In this document: positions 1-8,653 of the stretch, one piece after another
Layout of the letters: the number at the start of each line of letters is the position of its first letter
Numbering within the stretch: the first letter of the stretch is position 1
From: Oxalobacteraceae bacterium
GTDB taxonomy: Bacteria; Pseudomonadota; Gammaproteobacteria; Burkholderiales; Burkholderiaceae_D
Direction of reading: 5' to 3'
Length of the DNA: 64,000 nt
Assembly (NCBI GenBank): GCA_947448025.1
Contig: CANFLV010000004.1
Location: 77,221-141,220 of the forward strand
Notes under the pieces: generated by a model
Seen by the model: the letters and a program-made list of their open reading frames with translations, nothing else
Database searches by the model: none
What the model was told of the DNA's origin: nothing
Made by a program: the position numbers and the translations under genes

Positions 1-314
1 ATCACGAGTAAAGAGCAGATGCCTTGGTAGGCTTGCCCATGCGTAAGAGTCGAATTAGCTATTTCGGCAACCCACACGGTAGTCCACGAAAACAATGCAG
101 TGGCTGCCATAAATTTCATGGGCTTGACCCAAATGCCCACCTCACGCAGGGTGCGTGCATCGTTAAGCGACAAGATGAAGGTGAGACCAAAAGCCAGCCA
201 CATCAATGCGCCGTAGAGCATCAAAAACTGAGATGCCAAAGACAGGGTTGCCAAATCAATGTTTGGCCACGCGGACGGAGGAACAAAGTTATTTTCTTGC
301 ACTGGAAATCTCAT
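1..314 (-). CDS. Membrane protein of unknown function, N-terminal part only (gene runs off the left edge)
   Basis: My own minus-strand translation from ATG (314-312) stays open to position 1 (MRFPVQENNFVPPSAWPNIDLATLSLASQFLMLYGALMWLAFGLTFILSL...) and contains hydrophobic helix-like stretches. It is absent from the ORF track because no stop lies inside the window. The + ORF 24-344 is its antisense shadow. Confidence 0.45.
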   Translation of the reverse strand, partial: MRFPVQENNFVPPSAWPNIDLATLSLASQFLMLYGALMWLAFGLTFILSLNDARTLREVGIWVKPMKFMAATALFSWTTVWVAEIANSTLTHGQAYQGICSLLV

Positions 315-369
315 TTGTTGACACTGTCATCTATATTGATCTAAGATGTAGACGCTGTCAACAAATGAG
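310..369. promoter_or_regulatory. Perfect 14-bp inverted repeat (CTCATTTGTTGACA / TGTCAACAAATGAG, 32-bp spacer) in a divergent promoter region; candidate TetR operator
   Basis: Read directly: 310-323 is the exact reverse complement of 356-369. It lies between the divergent start codons at 314 (minus) and 378 (plus). Confidence 0.4.
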
Positions 370-377
370 GATGTCTC

Positions 378-1184
378 ATGCAAAATGATCTCTTAACTGA
401 CTTTCCCAAAAGATATGGTGCCTACGCCTTGGTGACGGGTGCGTCAGAGGGTATCGGGCAGAGCTTTGCGGAGGAGTTGGCAAAGGCAGGTATGAACGTG
501 GTGCTCGTAGCGCGTCGACAAGATCGATTGAACGCATTGGCACAGGAACTGGAGGGCAAATACAAAATCATGTGCCCTGTCATCGCAGCGGATCTTTCAA
601 GCACAGAGCAGTTGAGTGAGTTGATTGAGATGACTGAGAAGCTGGACATTGGTCTTGTGGTCTGCAACGCAGGTTTCGGAACAGCTGGCAACTTCTTAGA
701 CGCCGACATTGAAAGCGAATTGAACATGCTCAATGTCAATTGCACTGCGCTCACCAAGCTGGCCCATCACTTCGGATTGAAATTCAAAACAAAAGGCGTT
801 GGTGGCTTGATTTTGCTGAGCTCAATCTTGGCGACGCAAGGTGTCGCTAGGTCTGCCCACTACGCAGCGACGAAGGCATATGTGCATACATTGGGCGAGG
901 GCCTGCAGCAAGAATGGCTTGACAGTGAACTGGATTTATTGATTGTGGCTCCGGGACCCGTCAATACCGGCTTTGCTCAAAGATCCAAAATGCAACTCGG
1001 AAAGGCTGCAACGCCTCAGGTTGTAGCAAGTCAGTCTTTGAAAGCCTTGGGTAGGCAACAAATGATTCATCCTGGGTGGCTCGCCAAATGCATGAATTTG
1101 GCCTTGTCCACTGCGCCGCGTGTACTGAGGGTCAAAATCATGAGTGCGATCATGGGTTCCATGACCAAGCACCTATCGCATTGA
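378..1184 (+). CDS. Short-chain dehydrogenase/reductase (SDR family)
   Basis: N-terminal TGASEGIGQSF Rossmann motif (TGxxxGIG), NAG motif (VCNAGFG) and YAATKAY catalytic YxxxK. GAGGA sits 6 nt upstream of the ATG. Confidence 0.85.
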   Translation: MQNDLLTDFPKRYGAYALVTGASEGIGQSFAEELAKAGMNVVLVARRQDRLNALAQELEGKYKIMCPVIAADLSSTEQLSELIEMTEKLDIGLVVCNAGFGTAGNFLDADIESELNMLNVNCTALTKLAHHFGLKFKTKGVGGLILLSSILATQGVARSAHYAATKAYVHTLGEGLQQEWLDSELDLLIVAPGPVNTGFAQRSKMQLGKAATPQVVASQSLKALGRQQMIHPGWLAKCMNLALSTAPRVLRVKIMSAIMGSMTKHLSH

Positions 1185-1198
1185 CATAGGAATCACAC

Positions 1199-1828
1199 AT
1201 GGCCAAAACAATCAACGATTTGGAACTGAAAGAGGCCTGTGTCCAGGCTGCCAGGGAGGTCATTGCCGAACAAGGTGTCGAGGGCCTGAGCATGCGAGAT
1301 GTGGCCAGGAGATTGGATATTTCGCATCAAGCGCCTTACAGGCATTTTCCAAGTCGAGACCACTTACTCGCCGAGATCATGCGAAGGTGCTTTGAGGACT
1401 TTGCAAATTTCCTAGATATGAGCGCAAAAAATCATTCTGAGGATGCGCTTCGCGGTATGGGGGATGCATATATGGGCTACGCCGCCCAAAAGCCACTGGA
1501 ATATCGTTTGATGTTTGGAACGCCTTGGCCAGAACCCGCTGCGCATCCTGAACTGGTCAAACACGCGGTTCACGCCTTTGATGTCCTCAGGCAAAATCTA
1601 CTCAAAAAACATGGTCATCAAAAGAATGCCAAAAAACAGGCAGAACTCGAAGCCATGTTTATCTGGTCGGCCTTGCATGGGTTGGCGACCATAGAACAGT
1701 CAAATGTCATGCAGCACTTGGTACTTTCAAAGGGAGTCCAAGCGCACTCCAAAGATTTCATGATGTGCATGATCCAGTCCGCATTGGCGTCGGGCAAGTC
1801 AGAGGAGTTCATGAACCATGTGGTGTGA
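1199..1828 (+). CDS. TetR/AcrR family transcriptional regulator
   Basis: N-terminal HTH region typical of TetR proteins (GVEGLSMRDVARRLDISHQAPYRHFPSRDHLL). About 200 aa. Confidence 0.85.
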   Translation: MAKTINDLELKEACVQAAREVIAEQGVEGLSMRDVARRLDISHQAPYRHFPSRDHLLAEIMRRCFEDFANFLDMSAKNHSEDALRGMGDAYMGYAAQKPLEYRLMFGTPWPEPAAHPELVKHAVHAFDVLRQNLLKKHGHQKNAKKQAELEAMFIWSALHGLATIEQSNVMQHLVLSKGVQAHSKDFMMCMIQSALASGKSEEFMNHVV

Positions 1829-2777
1829 TCGTCTTTGGCTAGTGATCAAGAGGGCAGCCTTGCCATTTGCACTCGTCCAATTAGCCGGGTGTGCCAGTTT
1901 CAACTACACGCAAGCGGATAGTCCAATTGCTTTGGCATCCGTGCCGATCTTGAATCCAAGACCTCAAGTCGCATTGGTCTTAGGCAGCGGCGGACCGCGT
2001 GGCTATGCCCACATCGGCGTCATGAAAGTCCTCGAAGATGCAGGCATTGAATACGACCTGGTGGTGGGATCCAGCGTAGGCTCTTTGATCGGCGCATTTT
2101 GGGCGAGCGGCTACTCAGTCGCTGAAATAGACGATCTGTCCCAACAAGGGGGACCGTTGACTGTTTTTGACTTTTCCTTGTTTGCCGATCGAGGGTGGAT
2201 CCGTGGACAAAGGCTTCAGGACTTTGTCAACGATCGTCTGGGTAGTCAGCGTATCGAGTTAATGCCCAGGAAATTCATAGCAGCGGCCACGCGTTTGAGT
2301 GACAAGCAGCCTGTATTTTTTCAGTCTGGCAATCCAGGTGTCGCCGTCAGGGCCTCAAGTGCCGTGAGCCAAATCATCTCCCCGGTGGGCATACAAGGTG
2401 TTGAATACGAGGATGGCGATGAATCCCTGCCTGTTGCTGTTCGTGCGGCAAGGCAAGCAGGGGCAAAATTTGTGATTGCGGTTGATGTGACACCTGTACC
2501 TGGGACTGCTCCAGCAGACACATCAGCTTCCAGACTTGAGCGGGAAGCGAAGCGGCGGGCAAGAATAGATCCTGAATTGATGGATGCTGACTTTGTGATT
2601 CACCCTGATCTTGGATTCGGGACAGTACCAACATCAGCATTTTTTGAAAATGCGCGCAAATCTGGAGAGCTTACGGCCAGGCGCTTATTGCCTAGCCTTC
2701 AAGCGGCTATAGCTGAATCTCAGGTTTTGCCAACAATTCGTCGTAGCAATCAACGAATTAATGATCGTTCCAATTAG
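1818..2777 (+). CDS. Patatin-like phospholipase, predicted lipoprotein
   Basis: GSGGPRG oxyanion motif, GSSVG nucleophile elbow (GxSxG), and an N-terminal signal with lipobox LAGC. Overlaps the TetR gene by 11 nt. Confidence 0.85.
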   Translation: MWCDRLWLVIKRAALPFALVQLAGCASFNYTQADSPIALASVPILNPRPQVALVLGSGGPRGYAHIGVMKVLEDAGIEYDLVVGSSVGSLIGAFWASGYSVAEIDDLSQQGGPLTVFDFSLFADRGWIRGQRLQDFVNDRLGSQRIELMPRKFIAAATRLSDKQPVFFQSGNPGVAVRASSAVSQIISPVGIQGVEYEDGDESLPVAVRAARQAGAKFVIAVDVTPVPGTAPADTSASRLEREAKRRARIDPELMDADFVIHPDLGFGTVPTSAFFENARKSGELTARRLLPSLQAAIAESQVLPTIRRSNQRINDRSN

Positions 2778-3127
2778 CCGTCTCAACATTGAGAATGAGG
2801 AAACGGATCCCAAGTGATTGATGTGCTTACCCATTAAAAACTTAGGCGTTTTGTGATGAAGTATGTTTTGCCCCGCCAAGAATTAGTTTTAAAAGGCATC
2901 ATGAAGTCCAGCAAACCTGCACCGGCCCCAGCGCTCATGCGGGTTTTGTTTTTTACAGCCTAATTGCTTACTTTGACATTCCCCATCATTGCATCCAAAT
3001 TTGAATTCATGAATGCAAAATGCCGAAGCCAGCGCAGCGCCTCATCGGCATGCAATTCAAAATCGCGAAGCCGCGAGAAAAACCCCATACACTTGCCGAG
3101 GGTAGTGCCGCGACTGTCAGGCTGGTC

Positions 3128-3829
3128 TCAAACGCCCAAATATCGTTTCAAGTCTTCTTCAGCATTAACCAGTTCCGCCGATTCGCCCGCCAGCACAATG
3201 CGCCCTTTTTCCATCACGAGCGCCTGGTCCGTATGCGCCAGCACTTCGCGGAAGTTCCTGTCCACGATCAGGGTGCTGATGCCGGTTTCACTGATCTGCC
3301 GGATGACGCGCCAGATTTCCTTGACGATCAGGGGCGCCAGTCCTTCAGTGGCTTCGTCGAGCACCATCAATTCGGGGTTCGTCATTAGCGCGCGGCCGAT
3401 CGCGACCATTTGCTGCTCGCCGCCGGAGAGCTGGTGCCCGCCATTGTCGAGCCGCTCTTTCAGGCGCGGGAAGGTCTCGAGCACGCGCTCATATGTCCAG
3501 TCCTTGCGGCCATTGACGCCGGTGCGCGCGCTCATGATCAGGTTTTCGCGCACCGAGAGATTGGGAAACACGCCGCGTCCTTCCGGTACATAGCCGATGC
3601 CAAGACGCGCCATGCGCTCGGGCGCCTGTCCCGTGACATCCTTGCCGCACCAGATGACCTGGCCCGAGGCTGCCGGTACATAGCCCATCAGCGAGCGGAT
3701 CAAGGTAGTCTTGCCCATGCCATTGCGGCCGAGCAGGCCGACCGACTGGCCTGCCTGGATGTGCAGGTCCACGCCCTGCAGGATGTGGCTTTCGCCGTAA
3801 TAGGTATTGAGTGAACGGATCTGCAGCAT
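3128..3829 (-). CDS. Branched-chain amino acid type (HAAT) ABC transporter, ATP-binding protein (LivF-like)
   Basis: Walker A GRNGMGKTT, signature LSGGEQQ, Walker B LMVLDEAT. Confidence 0.9.
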   Translation of the reverse strand: MLQIRSLNTYYGESHILQGVDLHIQAGQSVGLLGRNGMGKTTLIRSLMGYVPAASGQVIWCGKDVTGQAPERMARLGIGYVPEGRGVFPNLSVRENLIMSARTGVNGRKDWTYERVLETFPRLKERLDNGGHQLSGGEQQMVAIGRALMTNPELMVLDEATEGLAPLIVKEIWRVIRQISETGISTLIVDRNFREVLAHTDQALVMEKGRIVLAGESAELVNAEEDLKRYLGV

Positions 3830-3837
3830 GGCCGGCC

Positions 3838-4620
3838 TCAGCTAGTGTGCGCGTCGCCGAGATAGGCGACTTGCACTTCAGGATTGTTACGGATGGCCTC
3901 AGGTGCATCGCTGGCGATGACCTGGCCATTGACCATGACCGTGATGCGGTCGGCTACGCGAAAAACGGCGTCCATGTCGTGTTCGACGAGGAGGACGGCG
4001 TGTGCTTGCTTTAGCCGCTCCAGCATTGCCAGCATGCGTTCGGTTTCTTCCGCACCCATGCCAGCCAGCGGTTCATCGAGCAGCAAGACGCGTGGCCGCG
4101 TCGCGAGGCACATCGCAATTTCAAGCTGGCGCTGCTGGCCGTGACTCATGCTGCCGGCCGTGACCTTGGAAGCCGCGCTCAAGCCGGCTGTCGCGATCGC
4201 TTCGTGGGCAATGCCGACACTGGCGGCGCAAGTCGCAGCCGACTCCCACAGCGCCCATGGCCGCTGCAAGGCGGCCTGCGCAGCGAGGCGACAATTTTCA
4301 AACACGCTGAAGCCCTGGAATATCGTGGTGCGCTGATAGCTGCGGCCGACACCGGCACGCGCGCGCTTCGGCTGCGACCAGCCGCTGATATCGATGCCGT
4401 CGTACAGGATCGCGCCGTCCGAGGGCGGCATTTCGCCGGAGAGCATATTGATCAGCGTGGATTTGCCGGCGCCATTCGTGCCGATCACACCGTGGACTTC
4501 ACCGATGTGCAAATCGACGGAGACGTCATTGACGGCCGTGAGTCCGCCAAAGCGGCGCGACAGCCCAACGGCGCGCAACAAGGGCTGGGAGGGCAGGGCG
4601 GATTTTTGCGTGTTACGCAT
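3838..4620 (-). CDS. HAAT ABC transporter ATP-binding protein (LivG-like)
   Basis: Walker A GTNGAGKST, signature MSHGQQRQLEIA, Walker B LLLLDEP. Confidence 0.9.
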   Translation of the reverse strand: MRNTQKSALPSQPLLRAVGLSRRFGGLTAVNDVSVDLHIGEVHGVIGTNGAGKSTLINMLSGEMPPSDGAILYDGIDISGWSQPKRARAGVGRSYQRTTIFQGFSVFENCRLAAQAALQRPWALWESAATCAASVGIAHEAIATAGLSAASKVTAGSMSHGQQRQLEIAMCLATRPRVLLLDEPLAGMGAEETERMLAMLERLKQAHAVLLVEHDMDAVFRVADRITVMVNGQVIASDAPEAIRNNPEVQVAYLGDAHTS

Positions 4621-5662
4621 GTGAACTCTCCTGCGACTGCTTTTTCTTTGCGCGTAAGCCCATGCGGCGCGCGCCTGCGCCGAACGCAGCCAGACCGATC
4701 AAGCCATTCGGTAGGAGGGCCACGAACAGGATCATGGTCACGCCCAGCGTCATTTGCCAGTGCAGCGCGAGCGCGCCGAAGATCGCTTCCGAGGCATAAA
4801 ATTCCTTGAGCAGGATGAACGCGACGGCGCCAATGACGGCACCGCGCAGGCTGCCGAGTCCGCCCAGGATAATCATCAGTAGCACACCGCCCGATTCATG
4901 CCAGGACAGGATTTCAGGATTGACGACGCCCGTGCGCGCCGCCATCAGGAAGCCCGCCAGGCCGGCGAGCATGCCGGCGATAACGAACGCTGCGAGCTTG
5001 TAGCCATAGGTGCGAAAACCGACTGCGCGCATGCGCTGCTCATTGGTGCGGATACCGGCCAGCGCGCGGCCGAAACGCGAGCGCTGCAGTACCGCCAGCA
5101 GCGCATAGGTCGCGACCAGGCTCGCGAGCGCAAAAAAGTAAAAATGCTGCGGCAATTCCAGGTTCACCAGTGTCACGCCTGCAAGGCTCAGCGCCGGACG
5201 GCTAGTCAGGTAAATACCGTCACTGCCGCCGCCGATATTCGTGTCATGGAAAATGAAAAATGCCATCTGTGCAAATGCCAGCGTCACCATGATGAAATAA
5301 ACGCCCTTGGTTCGCAGGCTCAGCGCGCCGACGAACAGGGCATAGACGCCGGCTGCCAGCATCGCTGCAGGCAGCATCAGCCAGATGCTGCCTGCGCCAT
5401 TATCGGGAATCAGCAAAGCTGTGACATAGGCGGCGATGCCGAAAAACGCGGCATGACCGAGGCTGATCAAACCGGTCGTGCCGACCAGTAGCTCCAGACT
5501 CAGCGCGAAGATCGCGTAAATGATGATTTTCGCAGCGAGATCTTGCGTGTACTCGGACAGGAAAAATGGCAATGTAGCGGCCGCCAGCAGGGCCGCGAGT
5601 GGCAATAGCCAGCTGCCTGCATTCGTTTCAATGATCGAGTGGTTAGTATGAGAGGTGCTCAT
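4613..5662 (-). CDS. HAAT ABC transporter permease (LivM-like)
   Basis: Polytopic hydrophobic protein of LivM size. Overlaps the downstream ATPase gene by 8 nt. Confidence 0.85.
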   Translation of the reverse strand: MSTSHTNHSIIETNAGSWLLPLAALLAAATLPFFLSEYTQDLAAKIIIYAIFALSLELLVGTTGLISLGHAAFFGIAAYVTALLIPDNGAGSIWLMLPAAMLAAGVYALFVGALSLRTKGVYFIMVTLAFAQMAFFIFHDTNIGGGSDGIYLTSRPALSLAGVTLVNLELPQHFYFFALASLVATYALLAVLQRSRFGRALAGIRTNEQRMRAVGFRTYGYKLAAFVIAGMLAGLAGFLMAARTGVVNPEILSWHESGGVLLMIILGGLGSLRGAVIGAVAFILLKEFYASEAIFGALALHWQMTLGVTMILFVALLPNGLIGLAAFGAGARRMGLRAKKKQSQESSHA

Positions 5663-5666
5663 GCGC

Positions 5667-6539
5667 TTAATACCCTTTGCTTTTGAGACCTTGCGGACGC
5701 CAGATCAAAATGACGGCCATCAGCAGATAAATGCTCAGTCCGCTGAACTGGGCAAAAAACACCTTGCCGAAGGTATCAACAAAACCGACCAGTAAGGCGG
5801 CGATCAGCGCACCGGAAATGGAACCGATACCGCCAATGACGACGACCACGAAACAGATGATCAGGATCTGCCCGCCCATGCCGGGATAGACCGAGCTCAC
5901 TGGTGCCGCGATCATGCCGGCCAGGGCAGCCAGGGCGACGCCGGCGGCAAACACGATGCGATACAGCAGGCGGATATTGATGCCAAGCCCGCGCACCATG
6001 TCGCGGTTACTCGCGCCGGCACGGATCATCATACCGAGCCGCGTACGATTGACGACGAAGTACAGGCCGATGGCGACGACGATACAGGCGGCCGAGGCAA
6101 ACAGGTTATAGACGGGATAGCGCATCACATCGCCGAGTGCGATGCCGCCAGATAGCCACTCCGGGATTTTCACGCCATGCACCTCGTTACCGACCAACAT
6201 GCTGCGCGCCTCTTCGAACACGAGGATCAGTGAGTAGGTCATCAGGACTTGCTGCAAATGGTCGCGCTGGTAGAGGTAGCTGAAAAACATCCACTCGAGG
6301 ATAAACCCCAGGATTACTGACAGAACCACCCCGGCCGCCATCTGCAGCAGGAAATGGTCACCGAAATAAGGCGCCAAGGCATACGCCATGTACGCGCCGA
6401 TCATGTAAAAGCTGCCATGTGCGAGATTGATCACGCCCATGATGCCGAAAATGAGTGTCAGGCCGCTGGCGACCAAAAACAGCAGCAATCCGTATTGAAC
6501 AGCGTTCAGGCACTGGACAAGAAAAGTGGAAAATTCCAT
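5667..6539 (-). CDS. HAAT ABC transporter permease (LivH-like)
   Basis: Polytopic hydrophobic 290-aa protein (GVINLAHGSFYMIGAY motif typical of LivH). Confidence 0.85.
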   Translation of the reverse strand: MEFSTFLVQCLNAVQYGLLLFLVASGLTLIFGIMGVINLAHGSFYMIGAYMAYALAPYFGDHFLLQMAAGVVLSVILGFILEWMFFSYLYQRDHLQQVLMTYSLILVFEEARSMLVGNEVHGVKIPEWLSGGIALGDVMRYPVYNLFASAACIVVAIGLYFVVNRTRLGMMIRAGASNRDMVRGLGINIRLLYRIVFAAGVALAALAGMIAAPVSSVYPGMGGQILIICFVVVVIGGIGSISGALIAALLVGFVDTFGKVFFAQFSGLSIYLLMAVILIWRPQGLKSKGY

Positions 6540-6597
6540 GGTAATCCTGGACGGGTCGAACTAGGGAAATGGCCGGCGCAGGACGCGCGGCCTCGAT

Positions 6598-6628
6598 GCT
6601 GGCGCAGGACAGGATGCCATGCGCCAGC
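6598..6628 (-). other. Intercistronic hairpin just downstream of the binding-protein gene
   Basis: GCTGGCGCA (6598-6606) pairs with TGCGCCAGC (6620-6628), a 9-bp stem 9 nt after the stop of the SBP gene. Its position fits a 3' stabiliser or partial terminator that would raise the SBP:permease ratio. Confidence 0.35.
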
Positions 6629-6636
6629 ATGTACGA

Positions 6637-7809
6637 TTACATCTTGCAGCCTTTTGCCGGATCAGCCAGTGCCTTGATGGCGACGCCTTTGAGTTCATTC
6701 AGGTTGCCCTTGACCTGACGCAGGTAAATATCTTGTACCGGATTGTGCGCAGCGGACAGCGTAAATTTGCCACGCGGACTGTCAATCTGCGCTTTCGCCA
6801 TGCCATCGACGACCTTGTCGCGGTTCTTGATATCGCCGCCAGCCGCGTTCAGGCCTGCTTCGAGCAATTGCGCTGCGTCGTAACCCTGAACTGCGTAGAC
6901 ATCGGCGTTGGTCTTGTACGTCTTCGCGAAGCTGAGGCGGAAGGCATTGTCGCGCGGTGTGTTCAGGTTATCGGCGTAATGCAGCGTCGTCGTCATGCCT
7001 TGCGCCGCCTCGCCCTGCGCTTCGAGTGTGCCATCGGTCAGGAAGCCCGGGCCATATAGCGGGATGGTCTTGTTCAAGCCGGACGCGACATAATCCTTGA
7101 CGAATTTGACTGCGCCGCCACCGGCAAAAAAGGCAAATACGGCATCCGGTTTTTGCGCCGCAATTTCAGTCAGCAAGGCCTGGAATTCGACGTTCGGAAA
7201 CGGCAGCGTCAAGTTCTGTCCGACCTTGCCGCCACCCTTTTCAAAGCCATCGACGAAACCCTTCGCCGCTTCGGTGCCTGCGGCGTAATTCCAGGTGATC
7301 GTCATGGCTTTCTTGTGGCCGTTCTTGGCGGCGACCACGCCCATCGCATAGGCCGGCTGCCAGTTCGTGAACGAGGTGCGGAAGATATTTTTTGCGCACA
7401 TCGCGCCGGTGATGATGTCGGCGCCGGCATTCGGCACGATCATCAGCGTATTCGTTTCGCGCGCGACCTTGGCCATGCCCATCGCCACGCCCGAATGCAC
7501 GGAGCCGATCACGATATCGACCTGATCGCGCTTGATCAGCTTGTTGACGTTATCGGTCGCCTTGGCCGGGTCCGATTCATCGTCGACCTTGAAATACTGG
7601 ATCTCGCGCCCGCCGATTTTTCCGCCTTTTTCAGCGACATACAATTTGAAGCCGTTTTCAATCATCTGGCCGAGATTGGCGTAAGTGCCGGTCGCCGGCA
7701 GCATCAGGCCGACCTTGATTGGCGCCGTGCTTTGCGCGCCAGCGGAAGCGGAAGCCAGCAGCATCGCCGCGGCGAGAATGCGTAAGGTCGGTGTGAACAT
7801 TGATTTCAA
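6637..7809 (-). CDS. ABC transporter periplasmic substrate-binding protein (LivK/Peripla_BP_6-like), probably for benzoate or a related aromatic acid
   Basis: Signal peptide (AAMLLASASAGAQS), ~390 aa, LivK-like sequence. The aromatic-acid assignment rests only on its position in the box cluster. Confidence 0.85.
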   Translation of the reverse strand: MKSMFTPTLRILAAAMLLASASAGAQSTAPIKVGLMLPATGTYANLGQMIENGFKLYVAEKGGKIGGREIQYFKVDDESDPAKATDNVNKLIKRDQVDIVIGSVHSGVAMGMAKVARETNTLMIVPNAGADIITGAMCAKNIFRTSFTNWQPAYAMGVVAAKNGHKKAMTITWNYAAGTEAAKGFVDGFEKGGGKVGQNLTLPFPNVEFQALLTEIAAQKPDAVFAFFAGGGAVKFVKDYVASGLNKTIPLYGPGFLTDGTLEAQGEAAQGMTTTLHYADNLNTPRDNAFRLSFAKTYKTNADVYAVQGYDAAQLLEAGLNAAGGDIKNRDKVVDGMAKAQIDSPRGKFTLSAAHNPVQDIYLRQVKGNLNELKGVAIKALADPAKGCKM

Positions 7810-7833
7810 AGTTGTCTCCTGGATGGGGTGGAT

Positions 7834-8640
7834 TCAGCTTGCGCCGAGGATGAATTGAGCGACTTCTTGGTTGAGCGCTTCAGTTTGATCGCGATGCGGT
7901 GAATGCCCGCAGTGCGGCAAGACGAGCAGGCGCGTCTGCGGCGCCTTGCGTTGGATACCATTAATCTGTTCGAGCGTGCCGTATTCATCGTCTGCGCCTT
8001 GCACAGCCAGCAGCGGGCAGGTAATCAGCGGCAGTTCGTCCTCGATATTCCACGCGCGGAAAGCAGGATCGAGCCAGACGTCGTTCCAGCCCCAGAATGC
8101 GGAATCGACATCGGCATGGTAACGCGCGAGCTGGCGGCGCAAGCCGGTCGTCTGGTAAGCGACGCGCGCCTCGGCGATGCTGTTGACGGTCAGTTCTTCG
8201 ACAAAGATATGCGGTGCGGCGACGACAATGCCGCTGACGGCGTCCGGATGGCGCGCCGCGTACAGCAAGGCGATCGAGCCGCCATCGCTGTGACCGTACA
8301 GCCAGGGCTTATGCACGCCCAGCTGCGCAAACAGTGCCGGCAAAACTTCGTGTGCCTGCGCATGCATGAAGCTGACAGGCCAGCGCTCGTCGGCCGGGCG
8401 CGGCGTGGAATGGCCATAACCGTAACGCGAGAAGACCAGGCCGGTCAATCCATGCGCAAGACAGAATTTTTCCGGATAGTCTTTCCAGAGTTCGATGGAG
8501 CCCAGTCCTTCGTGCAGAAATACGATCACGGGCTGCGCTGACTCCTGCACGCCCACCCATTGGTAAGCCATGCGCAGCGGCGCGCCGCGCCAGATGATCT
8601 CGGCGAATTCAGTCATGCGCGGATGGGTTTGTACGGTCAT
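7834..8640 (-). CDS. Alpha/beta-fold hydrolase
   Basis: HEGLGS oxyanion region, GHSDGG nucleophile elbow, C-terminal GHSPH histidine region. Confidence 0.8.
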   Translation of the reverse strand: MTVQTHPRMTEFAEIIWRGAPLRMAYQWVGVQESAQPVIVFLHEGLGSIELWKDYPEKFCLAHGLTGLVFSRYGYGHSTPRPADERWPVSFMHAQAHEVLPALFAQLGVHKPWLYGHSDGGSIALLYAARHPDAVSGIVVAAPHIFVEELTVNSIAEARVAYQTTGLRRQLARYHADVDSAFWGWNDVWLDPAFRAWNIEDELPLITCPLLAVQGADDEYGTLEQINGIQRKAPQTRLLVLPHCGHSPHRDQTEALNQEVAQFILGAS

Positions 8641-8653
8641 GTCAGTCTTACGC

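Noticed and set aside
24-344. 106-aa + strand ORF at the left edge.
   Set aside because: The opposite strand gives an uninterrupted membrane-protein frame from the ATG at 314 to the window edge, with a sensible divergent-promoter layout. The + ORF is Arg/His/Cys/Lys-rich and has no ribosome-binding site.
1818-2777. Patatin-like phospholipase as a CBASS or other defence effector.
   Set aside because: There is no cyclase/nucleotidyltransferase, no sensor domain and no defence neighbours. It has a lipoprotein signal and sits in an SDR/TetR metabolic-looking operon.
2960-3088. 42-aa minus-strand ORF just downstream of the LivF-like gene (MGFFSRLRDFELHADEALRWLRHFAF...).
   Set aside because: No Shine-Dalgarno sequence, too short for me to recognise, and located in a terminator-like region. 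It cannot be supported without homology or expression data.
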